Shown here: one piece after another, positions 8,764-17,793 of the stretch
Numbering within the stretch: the first letter of the stretch is position 1
Layout: each line of letters begins with the position of its first letter
Virus record (IMG/VR): IMGVR_UViG_3300030103_004079
Source of the DNA: an uncultured virus (IMG/VR IMGVR_UViG_3300030103_004079)
Taxonomy: Duplodnaviria > Heunggongvirae > Uroviricota > Caudoviricetes
Length of the DNA: 64,000 bases
Direction: 5' to 3' (one strand)
The notes under the pieces: model-generated
Databases searched by the model: none
What the model saw: the letters and a program-made list of their open reading frames with translations, nothing else
Told to the model about the DNA's origin: nothing
Made by a program: the position numbers and the translations under genes

Positions 8764-9324
8764 ATGAAAAGAAAAATATTAGTAATTGGAGCAGGTGGAA
8801 TAGGAAGTTATCTTATTTCATTTTTGAATAACTTAGACTTGTATGAGATACAAGTGAATGACGATGATAAGGTAGAAACAAAGAATCTAACATATCAAAA
8901 CTTTAGTGAAGATGATGTTGGTTTGCATAAAGTTTCCAGTATGAAGGCTAACTTTAATTGCATAAAGTTCGCAAGCCCCTATCCTATCTTAACACCTAAT
9001 CAACTAGAAGGTTTTGACCTAGTAGTTTGTTGTGTAGATAACTTAGGCACTAGAAGAATGCTTTACAACTCAAATGTAAAGTGGTTAGACTTGCGTTCTC
9101 AAGGTAGAAATGCGGCTTATGTTTCTTATCAAGCAGACCCATCAATGTATGATAGTTTGCTAGCAGGTAAGGAAGGTTCGTTTAGTTGTCAAGGAGAATC
9201 ATGGGATGGTTCTCAAGAAGGAATACATTTCATGCACATGGCTATTGCAGGTATGGGCGCACAATGGATTCAAAGATGGTTTAACGGTGAAAGTGTAAAC
9301 TCTTTCGCTGTAGTAAATGTATGA
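8764..9324 (+). CDS. ThiF/E1-like ubiquitin-activating (adenylating) enzyme
   Basis: VIGAGGIG, DDDKVETKNLTYQ, VCCVDN..TR, LDLR, C-terminal FSCQ Cys. Confidence 0.9.
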   Translation: MKRKILVIGAGGIGSYLISFLNNLDLYEIQVNDDDKVETKNLTYQNFSEDDVGLHKVSSMKANFNCIKFASPYPILTPNQLEGFDLVVCCVDNLGTRRMLYNSNVKWLDLRSQGRNAAYVSYQADPSMYDSLLAGKEGSFSCQGESWDGSQEGIHFMHMAIAGMGAQWIQRWFNGESVNSFAVVNV

Positions 9325-9333
9325 GGTGATAAG

Positions 9334-9852
9334 ATGGTAGATATAGAAATAGAAAGTTTAGAAGATGCTAGAGTTAGGGCAGAACAACACATAAGAGAAT
9401 GTTATGGGGCTATGGAAAAATTAACTGGCGAGGCGGATGACGAATTTCCTTACAAAGAGCGAGAGTTCTTCAAGGCTATTTGGCATGCCTCTACAGAAAT
9501 ACTACCTGCCTTAGAAGTGCAAGTAGTTATTGATGGTAAGAACAATTGTTATGTTACAACGGGTTCATCCGGCTATGTTGAGTTTGGAATGAAACCTCCT
9601 GTTGGTATGAGTTTACCGATTAAGTGTTGGATTCATACTCATCCATTTGGTGCGGCCTACTTTAGTGGCGTTGATTGGGGAACAGTAAATGTATGGAAGT
9701 CATTAATGCAAGAAGCCTATGTATTAGGTGGTGTAGAACACTATGGTTATTGGCATAATTCAAAGCCGGACTTATTAATGATTAGATATTTGGATAATAG
9801 TGGATTAGAGACTTTTAGAGGCCAAGTACAGCCGGAGCGTGAAGAAGAATGA
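9334..9852 (+). CDS. JAB/MPN+ metalloprotease (deubiquitinase-like)
   Basis: LEVQ Glu plus WIHTHP...FSGVD (HxH-x7-S-xx-D). Confidence 0.88.
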   Translation: MVDIEIESLEDARVRAEQHIRECYGAMEKLTGEADDEFPYKEREFFKAIWHASTEILPALEVQVVIDGKNNCYVTTGSSGYVEFGMKPPVGMSLPIKCWIHTHPFGAAYFSGVDWGTVNVWKSLMQEAYVLGGVEHYGYWHNSKPDLLMIRYLDNSGLETFRGQVQPEREEE

Positions 9853-10229
9853 CATGGTGTAGAAATATGAATAACGATTATATTAATAACGGTATAAAAA
9901 AGCGAAGAATCTTAGTTCCTAAGATGAAACTTAGAGAGCCAATTGTTGAACCAAAGAAATATAATTTCACAGATGAATACAAGAAATTGATGAAGTCTTT
10001 GAAGGCGCAAGATGAAAAGCAAAAAGCAAAACAAGACGAAGTTGATTACAAGAAATTGTATGAAAAACTTAAGCAAGAACATGAAAATCTAAAACAACAG
10101 TTAGAAGAAACTAATCAACCCGCTACAGGAAATAACAACATACAAATTTCAGCAGGTCAAAATGTAAATATAACAATAAGTGAAGGAGATAGGTTTAGTG
10201 ATTCAGTAAATATGGAGGAGAGAAAATGA
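9849..10229 (+). CDS. Coiled-coil hypothetical protein
   Basis: ATGA-coupled ORF; YKKL-containing heptads. Confidence 0.6.
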   Translation: MTWCRNMNNDYINNGIKKRRILVPKMKLREPIVEPKKYNFTDEYKKLMKSLKAQDEKQKAKQDEVDYKKLYEKLKQEHENLKQQLEETNQPATGNNNIQISAGQNVNITISEGDRFSDSVNMEERK

Positions 10230-10438
10230 AAGCAGTAGGAAAATGGGTAATAGTAGAAAAAGTAAATGAAAAGAGTGGAGCAATTATATCTAAAGTAGAT
10301 AACAAAGGCGTAGTCTATGACTGTCGTTGTGATAAAAACTTGAGAGATAAGATTGTCTACTTCAATGAAAGAAAAGATTATGTCAAGGTGAACGATTTTA
10401 TTGCAGTTCACTATGATGATATACTGGCGGTGGAATAA
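10226..10438 (+). CDS. groES: GroES-like co-chaperonin
   Basis: MKAVGKWVIVEK...GVV...YDDILAVE; just upstream of groEL. Confidence 0.75.
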   Translation: MKAVGKWVIVEKVNEKSGAIISKVDNKGVVYDCRCDKNLRDKIVYFNERKDYVKVNDFIAVHYDDILAVE

Positions 10439-10611
10439 TGGAAATGATAACAGAAAAAGAAATGATGAAATGTATAGATGATATAGGAGAGCGATTGAAT
10501 TTAACTAGAGGAGAAGGACAAATGCCTTTTTTAGATTTTATAACATGGGTAAAAGGCAGTATTGTAGATTGGTATGATAATCATAAAGATTTTGAGAGGG
10601 ATGAAGAATGA
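10438..10611 (+). CDS. Small hypothetical protein (57 aa) between groES and groEL
   Basis: Translationally coupled at both ends. Confidence 0.55.
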   Translation: MEMITEKEMMKCIDDIGERLNLTRGEGQMPFLDFITWVKGSIVDWYDNHKDFERDEE

Positions 10612-12131
10612 TAATACATGGTAGTGAAGTAAAGCAGAAGTTACTACAAGGAATAGATATAGTAGCGAATACAGTAAAGCCCACACTTGGGCCACAAGCA
10701 CGAACAGTAATATTACAAGGTAATCCGCCTGTTGTAATTAACGACGGTGTTACAATTACTAAGTATATTAGTCATGAAGACCCTTATGTTCAAATGGGTA
10801 TTCAGTTAGTGCAGAATCTAGCAAGTAAAGCACAAGAAGGTAGCGGTGATGGAACCACTACCGCTTGTATTCTTGCTCAAGCATTATGTCATAATATGTT
10901 GGAAGCACCGGAGATGAGTGTTCATGAATTTAATACTCTTTTAGAGAGATTGAAGAACGATACGATTGAATGTCTAAATAACGAAGCAGAAGAAGTTGAA
11001 GATATAGATATACTTGGTGTAGCAACAATAGCGGCAAACAACGATAACAAACTAGGTATGTTAATTGCTGATGCAATAAACAAAGTTGGCCGTGATGGTA
11101 TTATTACTGTTGAAGAATCTAAAACTCATAATACTGACATCGTTGTTAGAGAAGGATTAGAGATTGATGAAGGCTATATGAGTCATCTTATGGCTAATAG
11201 TGAAGATGGCAAATGCATATTTAACAATCCACTAATCTTCTTATCTAATTTAGCGATTAGAAACTTTAGTGAGATATTGCCTATGATGGAACATGCGGCA
11301 AATAATAAACAGCCTCTAGTTATATTCTGTAAAGGAATGGATGGTAATGCTATGAATAATGTAGTTATGAATCTATTACAAAAGACAATAGAAATTGCAG
11401 TAGTTACCGCACCTAACTTTGGTGATGCTCAATTAGATGAGTTAGCCGATATTGCAGGTGTTGTTGGCGGAACTCTTTACACAGATGAAAGTAAAGACGA
11501 CCCTAAAGTATTACACTCAACGACCTTTGGAACTTGTGATAGCATTACTATCACTAAGGATAAGACAATTTTTGTTGGAGGTAATAGACCACTAACAGAA
11601 AATAGAATAGCGACATTGAAGGGAACTTATGAAGATAGTCAAGATGAATACGACAAACTTAGACTCAAGAAAAGAATAGCAAGACTTAGTGGTGGCGTTG
11701 CTACCATTAGAGTCGGTGCTTCTTCTTCTATTGAAATGAGAGAAAAGAAAGAAAGATTAGACGATGCTCTTAATGCTACAAAGGCCGCACTGGAAGAAGG
11801 TATTATTGTTGGTGGTGGATTAACTCTAGCAAAGGTAGCCAAAAAGGTGTCCCTTCTAGGTAATAAAAAATGGAACAGAAAGGAGTGGTTTCTTAATGCC
11901 ATGCAAGAACCAATTAGGGTATTACAAAGAAATAGTGGTATAAGCACACCAAGCGTTTCTTTTGGTAAAAAACATATAGGTTTTAATGCGCTAACAGGTG
12001 AAACTCAAAACTTGAAAGCGGCAGGTATTTTCGACCCTGTTAAAGTTACCAAAAATAGTTTCTTAGCGGCTATGTCTATCGCACAACTTTTCTACTCTAC
12101 TGATGTAGCAGTATTATTACCGGAGGAATAA
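10608..12131 (+). CDS. groEL: Group I chaperonin GroEL
   Basis: TLGP, NDGVTI, GDGTTTA, APNFGD, DALNATKAA, GIFDPVKV. Confidence 0.96.
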   Translation: MIIHGSEVKQKLLQGIDIVANTVKPTLGPQARTVILQGNPPVVINDGVTITKYISHEDPYVQMGIQLVQNLASKAQEGSGDGTTTACILAQALCHNMLEAPEMSVHEFNTLLERLKNDTIECLNNEAEEVEDIDILGVATIAANNDNKLGMLIADAINKVGRDGIITVEESKTHNTDIVVREGLEIDEGYMSHLMANSEDGKCIFNNPLIFLSNLAIRNFSEILPMMEHAANNKQPLVIFCKGMDGNAMNNVVMNLLQKTIEIAVVTAPNFGDAQLDELADIAGVVGGTLYTDESKDDPKVLHSTTFGTCDSITITKDKTIFVGGNRPLTENRIATLKGTYEDSQDEYDKLRLKKRIARLSGGVATIRVGASSSIEMREKKERLDDALNATKAALEEGIIVGGGLTLAKVAKKVSLLGNKKWNRKEWFLNAMQEPIRVLQRNSGISTPSVSFGKKHIGFNALTGETQNLKAAGIFDPVKVTKNSFLAAMSIAQLFYSTDVAVLLPEE

Positions 12132-12133
12132 GA

Positions 12134-12226
12134 TTGGAATGTCCTAACTGTGGGAGAGATATGTCTAAGTATTATGCTAGAAGATACAACCAATGTAAGG
12201 TATGTTTAGAAGGTGAAAGTAAATGA
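12134..12226 (+). CDS. Micro Zn-finger protein (30 aa, TTG start)
   Basis: CPNCG...CKVC; GGAGG RBS. Confidence 0.5.
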   Translation: MECPNCGRDMSKYYARRYNQCKVCLEGESK

Positions 12227-12621
12227 AGAAGAGAGCAGTAACCGTAACATTACCTGCACCTCATAAGGCACAGATTAAATGCCCTATTTGTAAAGGTAAC
12301 AAATGCGTAGTTTGTAAAATGACAGGCAGTTTAGCAATAGATGTTGCACCCAAGATACCAATACAAAGAGCGCATATTATCAAATATGTTATGGAGAACA
12401 TGCAAGATGTTTCTCAAGAACTAACTAGAATGTATGGTTTAGTACCGGAGATAGGAACTAAAGAAGTAGTTGTTGTCAATGAGGGTCAGTATGAGATAGT
12501 ACAAGTATCATCTTTAGGCGGTGCTTGTTGGATAGTAAATAGACTGGATGAATTAGAAACACCACGATACTTCACCGCTTTGAAAGACTTAAAGAAATTC
12601 AAAGAGGGGTGGATGAGTTGA
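12223..12621 (+). CDS. Zn-finger protein (DnaJ-like CxxCxG motif)
   Basis: CPICKGNKCVVCKMTG. Confidence 0.65.
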   Translation: MKKRAVTVTLPAPHKAQIKCPICKGNKCVVCKMTGSLAIDVAPKIPIQRAHIIKYVMENMQDVSQELTRMYGLVPEIGTKEVVVVNEGQYEIVQVSSLGGACWIVNRLDELETPRYFTALKDLKKFKEGWMS

Positions 12622-12815
12622 GTGATTTAGAAACAAAGGGAACAATAGCCCGAAACGCTACAGAAGAGATTTTAGTTAAGCGTGGAAACTATTGGAACAT
12701 TGAAGTCTTTGATGTTCGATGGTATGTTAATGACAAACCATCAAGAAAAGGCATTCGGTTGAATGTTGAAGAGGCTAAATTATTATTAAAAATATTGGAG
12801 AGAGAATTAGAATGA
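12609..12815 (+). CDS. PC4/YdbC-like ssDNA-binding protein
   Basis: FDVRWY...PSRKGIRLN motif; start may be TTG 12618. Confidence 0.75.
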   Translation: MDELSDLETKGTIARNATEEILVKRGNYWNIEVFDVRWYVNDKPSRKGIRLNVEEAKLLLKILERELE

Positions 12816-13075
12816 CGAAAATAATAAGCGATGTGCAAATAAAGAAATTAATGAGAGCGTATAATCCTAAAAGAGAATGGTCGGAAGGTTGTATAGAACA
12901 ACTTAGACAAAACTCTTGGCAGTTAATCAATTTCATGTTAAGTGAGATTGAAACCAACATGGAAGGAAATAAAAGAGTTCAATCACAAGATATAGTGAAT
13001 GCTTACAATTTTATTGCTAATGCAATAATGTTAGCGAAGCAACCTGTATTGAGACATTTTATGGAGGAAGAATAA
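12812..13075 (+). CDS. Histone-fold-like protein
   Basis: IKKLMR...WSEGCIEQL...KRVQSQDIVNA matches the archaeal histone helix pattern. Confidence 0.55.
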   Translation: MTKIISDVQIKKLMRAYNPKREWSEGCIEQLRQNSWQLINFMLSEIETNMEGNKRVQSQDIVNAYNFIANAIMLAKQPVLRHFMEEE

Positions 13076-13431
13076 TGTTCAAGTATATTAGAATTTGGCA
13101 GAATGATAAAAAGTTAGACGAATGGGCTAAGAAGATTAGAAAAGAAATTAAGAACGAAAGATTACTAGAAGCCTTTGAAATAGATTTTAGTCAAATCAAA
13201 AGGACTAATGAATTTACAAGAGCATCATTTGTTATGTATTGGGAAATACAAACTAATAGCCAACTGGCTACACTTGCACCGCCTTTGGTTCAAGCCACTT
13301 TAGTATCTATGACTAATAGGTTAGTAGAGATGGAAAGAATGGATGAAGCGCAAGTAGTGAATGCTATGATGATTAACTTTACTAGAGTATTAGGTATAAT
13401 CAATAGTGGTGTTAATAATGAAGAAGAGTGA
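13075..13431 (+). CDS. Hypothetical protein
   Basis: Coupled ORF with GGAGG RBS. Confidence 0.7.
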   Translation: MFKYIRIWQNDKKLDEWAKKIRKEIKNERLLEAFEIDFSQIKRTNEFTRASFVMYWEIQTNSQLATLAPPLVQATLVSMTNRLVEMERMDEAQVVNAMMINFTRVLGIINSGVNNEEE

Positions 13432-13642
13432 ATGGATTTACTTAGCGAATGCTATGTGGGCATACTCGGACAAACATGAAGGTGAAATATCACGCCTTCT
13501 AAAAGAAGTGGTAATTAAAGTTAATAAAAATATGGAGATGATTATAGATGATAGATTGGAAAATGATGAGCCGGTTGTTAGAATCCACGAAGGGAAAGAC
13601 ACCAACACAACAAGTAAAATTAATAGCAACAGAACTAGATAA
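13418..13642 (+). CDS. Small hypothetical protein
   Basis: MKKSEWIYLANAMW...; 3' part overlaps the ligase start. Confidence 0.5.
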   Translation: MKKSEWIYLANAMWAYSDKHEGEISRLLKEVVIKVNKNMEMIIDDRLENDEPVVRIHEGKDTNTTSKINSNRTR

Positions 13643-15083
13643 GTTCGATACACATAAGAGCGCAGTAATACAATTGCTTGCTAGAGAATATCCTAACAAC
13701 AATATTGGTTTGGCTAAGGCTAAGTCTTGGCTTGCTAAAATGTTTGATTGTTTCGATGATGAAATAGAAACCCTGTTTGCCATTGATGATGAATTGGGAG
13801 AGGCTATCTATATGTTAGATACAAGTGCAGAAACAGAACGAAACATAGGTATTGGTTCTGTTATTAGAGTTTTAGAAACCAATTGCGGTGCTGTAGATGA
13901 TTCGTCTTATCTTTTAGTTAAAGATATATTAGCAAATATGTCAGCGTTAGAAAGAAAGTGGTTTGTTAGGTATTGGATTCGTTCTCCCACTAATGGAATA
14001 GATGAAGGAGTCGTGAAGAAAGTATTAGCAAAACACTACGATAAGAAACTGAGTGAGGTTAAGAAACATGCTAACTTTAATGCCTTGTATAATATTACTA
14101 TGCATTATGAAATGAAAGAAGACCCGCCATGTAATTTATCGCATGGTTCTTTTGTAAAACCAATGTTAGCAAAAGAAGTTCCTATGAATAAGTGGCCGGA
14201 GAATAAGATTGTAGATTACAAGTATGATGGTAACAGATACCAAATACACAAAGAAGGAGATAATGTAATTATCTTTAATCGTAAGGGTTCTATTGTTACA
14301 CCACAGTTTGAAGATGTTGTAGAACGAGTTAGAGAGTATGAAGTAGTAGATTGTATTATGGATGGTGAGATATATCCAATTAAGGATGATGGTTCACCTG
14401 CTGAACATAAACTAATGGGAACAAGAGTTCATTCTAAAGACCATGCAGAAGCAAGAGAAAGGGTAAAGGTCAAATGGGTTATATTTGACTGTTTGAAGTT
14501 CGACGGCATTACTGTCATGGATTTTCCTTATTGGCGTAGATTAGAAGTTATCAAAGACTTACCCGACCAAGCACATAGAATGAAAGAGGGCGGTGATGTT
14601 CTAGCATTCTATAATAGAGCGATTAACGATGGCTTTGAGGGCATCATTGTTAAAGATACTACCTTACCCTATGAGGCAGGTAAAAGAAGCGCAGGATGGG
14701 CTAAATACAAGCCTCCTCGCATAGAATTAGATGTGGCTATTACTACTGCTAAGTATGGCGAAGGCTCAAGAGCAAATGTATTCGGAACTTTTGGTATATC
14801 AGTAAAGAGTGATAGTGGTTTCAAATCAGTAGGTTCTATTGGAACAGGCTTTAGTGATGCTGACTTAGTTTGGCTAACTAACGAACTTAGAAAGAATGTA
14901 GAGATTTATAATAATGGCACATATAATTTATTGCCAAGAGTTGTCTTAGAAGTATCAGCAGACTTAGTTACTCAAGATGCAAAGGGCAACTACGGATTAA
15001 GATTTCCACGATGTAAGAGAATACGACATGATAAGTTTGTTGCTGATATAAATACAATAGAAGATGTGGAGAAGTTAGTATGA
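13548..15083 (+). CDS. lig: ATP-dependent DNA ligase (replicative)
   Basis: PMLA, YKYDGNRYQIH, DGEI, FDCL, EGIIVK, WAKYKP, LRFPR motifs. Confidence 0.95.
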   Translation: MIDWKMMSRLLESTKGKTPTQQVKLIATELDKFDTHKSAVIQLLAREYPNNNIGLAKAKSWLAKMFDCFDDEIETLFAIDDELGEAIYMLDTSAETERNIGIGSVIRVLETNCGAVDDSSYLLVKDILANMSALERKWFVRYWIRSPTNGIDEGVVKKVLAKHYDKKLSEVKKHANFNALYNITMHYEMKEDPPCNLSHGSFVKPMLAKEVPMNKWPENKIVDYKYDGNRYQIHKEGDNVIIFNRKGSIVTPQFEDVVERVREYEVVDCIMDGEIYPIKDDGSPAEHKLMGTRVHSKDHAEARERVKVKWVIFDCLKFDGITVMDFPYWRRLEVIKDLPDQAHRMKEGGDVLAFYNRAINDGFEGIIVKDTTLPYEAGKRSAGWAKYKPPRIELDVAITTAKYGEGSRANVFGTFGISVKSDSGFKSVGSIGTGFSDADLVWLTNELRKNVEIYNNGTYNLLPRVVLEVSADLVTQDAKGNYGLRFPRCKRIRHDKFVADINTIEDVEKLV

Positions 15084-15457
15084 ATAGACCCGAAGAAGTA
15101 GAAATGTTAGTTGATAAATATGGAATAGCCTCTATATTCACCTTTGCCACATACTCCGATATTAGTGAAGAAGAGTTGTTTATCTTAACCAAAGGACTCT
15201 TTGTTGCTTTAAAAGTAAATTCGGAAGTGAAGTTAGTTAACGATTTTGAAAAGAACATGGTTATCATAGAAAGCGAAGAATCAGAAGATATTGCTAGAAT
15301 ATTTAATAGAAGAGAAAATATTAATTTGAATATAGTCTTAGGTGGTTCTTTCAAGAAACATGAAAACTTCATTAGATATTTATTAGATGAGGGTTTAGAA
15401 TATATGAAAGTAGATAGTGAATATATCGGATTTTGTGAGGTAGAATCCGATGTTTAG
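15080..15457 (+). CDS. Hypothetical protein
   Basis: Coupled ORF. Confidence 0.65.
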   Translation: MNRPEEVEMLVDKYGIASIFTFATYSDISEEELFILTKGLFVALKVNSEVKLVNDFEKNMVIIESEESEDIARIFNRRENINLNIVLGGSFKKHENFIRYLLDEGLEYMKVDSEYIGFCEVESDV

Positions 15458-15848
15458 TAGAGATATTTTAACAGGGATTTTCTTATCTATCGCTAATACA
15501 GAAATAATAGTAGAAAGAAATAACTCATTACAGATAGGATATAGAGTTAAATTAAAAATAAGCATTAGGGGGACAGAAGAGTTCCTAAGTGCTTTACAAA
15601 GAAGTCTTCTTCAGCATGAAATAAAGAGTAAACTATTTCTCGAAGAGAGCAAGAAAAGACCTAGACCTATATTAAAAATAGGCGGCATCAAAAACATAGT
15701 GTATATTTTACAGAACTTCTGTAAGACATTACCCGATGCGAAAGGAGAAATAGATTCCTTTAGAAAGGCAACTAGAATAGTTGCAGAAGGCAGACATTTA
15801 CAATTAGAAGGATTAGAAGAATTATTCAAATTAAAGGAGTTGATGTAG
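15450..15848 (+). CDS. Single-domain LAGLIDADG-fold protein, probably catalytically degenerate
   Basis: ILTGIFLSIA helix, GYRVKLKISI, EEFL..L, GRHLQLEGLEEL; lacks the acidic residue of the LAGLIDADG helix. Confidence 0.6.
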   Translation: MFSRDILTGIFLSIANTEIIVERNNSLQIGYRVKLKISIRGTEEFLSALQRSLLQHEIKSKLFLEESKKRPRPILKIGGIKNIVYILQNFCKTLPDAKGEIDSFRKATRIVAEGRHLQLEGLEELFKLKELM

Positions 15849-16693
15849 TGGGGCTAACCACAATGAATAAAAATAGACCAATAATAATTACAGGAAAGAC
15901 AGGAACAGGAAAGACGACTAAAGCAAAAGAGATGCTTCCAGATGCTACGATGCTATTTGCGAATGATATTGAAATAGACGCAAATTCACTTAATGTTGAA
16001 AATGGACTTATTATAGAAGATATACATTATAATGCACAGAAAGATGCTATATTGAATATAATTAGACGATATAGAGGAGAGTTGATTATGACTTCCCTCA
16101 ATGAAAAGAACATTCCAAAAGAAATCAAGGCTTTATGTAAAATAAAAAGAGCAGGTTCAACTAAACACCTGTACGATTCAATACTAGATATTGCACCAAG
16201 AAGCGAAGAACCCTTCTCATTACAGAAAGATACCTTTAGCCTTGTAAGTTATTTCTTAAAGGAGACTGATAGAGATTTAGTTTGTAAAGTATTGAAAGTG
16301 AACAAGCCTTCCGATACTCAACTAATGAATTGGCTGTGTGTAAACTCAAACCCCAACAAGTTATTATTTATTGATGGTAGAGTTAGAAGAAGATGGTCAC
16401 AGGATTACTTTTATGAAATGCTTGCTTATGTATATGATGGTAGATTCTATGGAAGAATGAATATGCCGGTTAGAAAACAGTATTCTAAAGTTCCTTCGCT
16501 GTTAAGAAGACTAGGAATAAAGAATGCTGATAAGAGGATTTTCAAACAATTAACTAAAGATGAAGAGTTTGTGAAGTTTGCCAAAAGTAAACTAAATAAT
16601 AGTGAGTGTCGCCTTTTAGGTTTAGGCGAGAAGCGGGTTCGTAAATCTAAACCCGTAACTAAAGTTAAACAAACTACATTGGGTGATTTTTAA
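15848..16693 (+). CDS. Clamp-loader (RFC) large-subunit-like AAA+ protein
   Basis: GKTGTGKT, IIEDI, C-terminal PIP box QTTLGDF. Confidence 0.75.
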   Translation: MGLTTMNKNRPIIITGKTGTGKTTKAKEMLPDATMLFANDIEIDANSLNVENGLIIEDIHYNAQKDAILNIIRRYRGELIMTSLNEKNIPKEIKALCKIKRAGSTKHLYDSILDIAPRSEEPFSLQKDTFSLVSYFLKETDRDLVCKVLKVNKPSDTQLMNWLCVNSNPNKLLFIDGRVRRRWSQDYFYEMLAYVYDGRFYGRMNMPVRKQYSKVPSLLRRLGIKNADKRIFKQLTKDEEFVKFAKSKLNNSECRLLGLGEKRVRKSKPVTKVKQTTLGDF

Positions 16694-16965
16694 TGAAGAT
16701 TCGTGCAGGTAAAAAAAGAGCAATCAACAAACTGATAAGAATAGTAGCAGACGACGAACTAACTACTAAACAAATTTATGATAGGATGTTACAACAATCC
16801 TCTCAAAGAACTGATTTAACCTTTAGACAATTAACTAACATATTAAGTAGTTATTTTGAAGAGGTTGGTTATGATAATAAAACAAGTTGTATAATATGGA
16901 GAAATAAAAATGCCAAAGAAAATGATGAAACAAAGAGTAGAGAAAGTTATGGAGAAAAATCCTAA
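16693..16965 (+). CDS. Small winged-helix-like protein
   Basis: ELTTKQIYDRM...QLTNIL...IW. Confidence 0.6.
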   Translation: MKIRAGKKRAINKLIRIVADDELTTKQIYDRMLQQSSQRTDLTFRQLTNILSSYFEEVGYDNKTSCIIWRNKNAKENDETKSRESYGEKS

Positions 16966-17137
16966 CTTAAGCAATAAAGAAATATATGCAGTAGTTCATG
17001 GACACCCTGTAAATAGTGATTGGCTAAAAGAAGTCAATTTAGAGGGGCTTGCGTTTAAGCGAGTTAAGTATGAAATGACAAATACCGAGTTCGGTATGTT
17101 GCTTAGAACATGGAGGAGACAGAATGAGCAAAAATAA
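16910..17137 (+). CDS. Small putative HTH protein
   Basis: LSNKEIYAVV...EFGMLL. Confidence 0.55.
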   Translation: MPKKMMKQRVEKVMEKNPNLSNKEIYAVVHGHPVNSDWLKEVNLEGLAFKRVKYEMTNTEFGMLLRTWRRQNEQK

Positions 17138-17351
17138 ATTAGTTAAAACAAGAATAACAAAAATGCTAAACGAAAAGGAAATGACAACCGGAGAAATCAA
17201 AGATAAGTTGTATAGTGCAAAAACAAACAAAGGTAGACCCTCAAAGAAAGGTATGCCTACAACTCATCAATTACAAATGATACTTAGAATACATTATGCT
17301 AAGGTTGGGTTCTGTAATCAAGCAAAACAAACAATATGGAGGAATAGATAA
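17124..17351 (+). CDS. Small winged-helix-like protein
   Basis: EMTTGEIKDKL...QLQMIL...VG...IWRN; similar to 16693..16965. Confidence 0.6.
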   Translation: MSKNKLVKTRITKMLNEKEMTTGEIKDKLYSAKTNKGRPSKKGMPTTHQLQMILRIHYAKVGFCNQAKQTIWRNR

Positions 17352-17566
17352 TGGTAAGTTTTAGTACAAGATATACGCCCGAACAACAAGCAAGAATAAA
17401 TGCTGAATCAAGGGACAGATACAGGAGAGAAAATCGTGACCTTGAAAGGAAGGTTGCTAAACTAGAGAAAGAACTTGACATACTAAAAAATGCTAACCAA
17501 GAGGTAGCCTATTGGAAAGACTTAGCAGAATGGCTACAAGAATATATAGATATAATAGAGGAATAA
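17351..17566 (+). CDS. Coiled-coil hypothetical protein
   Basis: ORF with GGAGG RBS. Confidence 0.6.
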   Translation: MVSFSTRYTPEQQARINAESRDRYRRENRDLERKVAKLEKELDILKNANQEVAYWKDLAEWLQEYIDIIEE

Positions 17567-17568
17567 AA

Positions 17569-17793
17569 ATGAAAAGTGAAGAATTAGAAAGAAAAAGTGA
17601 AGAACTAAAATCGAAAGCATACGAAGCCGAGCAACTTGAACAACTACTTGAATGGGCTGAAAGAGCAGAAGGCTATATTACTGATGTTTTGGGTGGTATA
17701 GGAGAGGTTGATATTCAAGAACCTCATGGTTGGTTAAGTGAAATTATGTATAATTTAGTTAGAGAAATAGAATCCAAGTTGGAGGCTTTGTAA
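17569..17793 (+). CDS. Hypothetical protein
   Basis: Start reset to GAGGAATAAAAATG. Confidence 0.6.
   Translation: MKSEELERKSEELKSKAYEAEQLEQLLEWAERAEGYITDVLGGIGEVDIQEPHGWLSEIMYNLVREIESKLEAL

Noticed and set aside
8764..9324. Thiamine or molybdopterin biosynthesis auxiliary gene
   Set aside because: No thiG, moaE or sulfurtransferase in the window; JAB adjacency and the minimal E1 architecture fit conjugation better, though sulfur relay is not excluded
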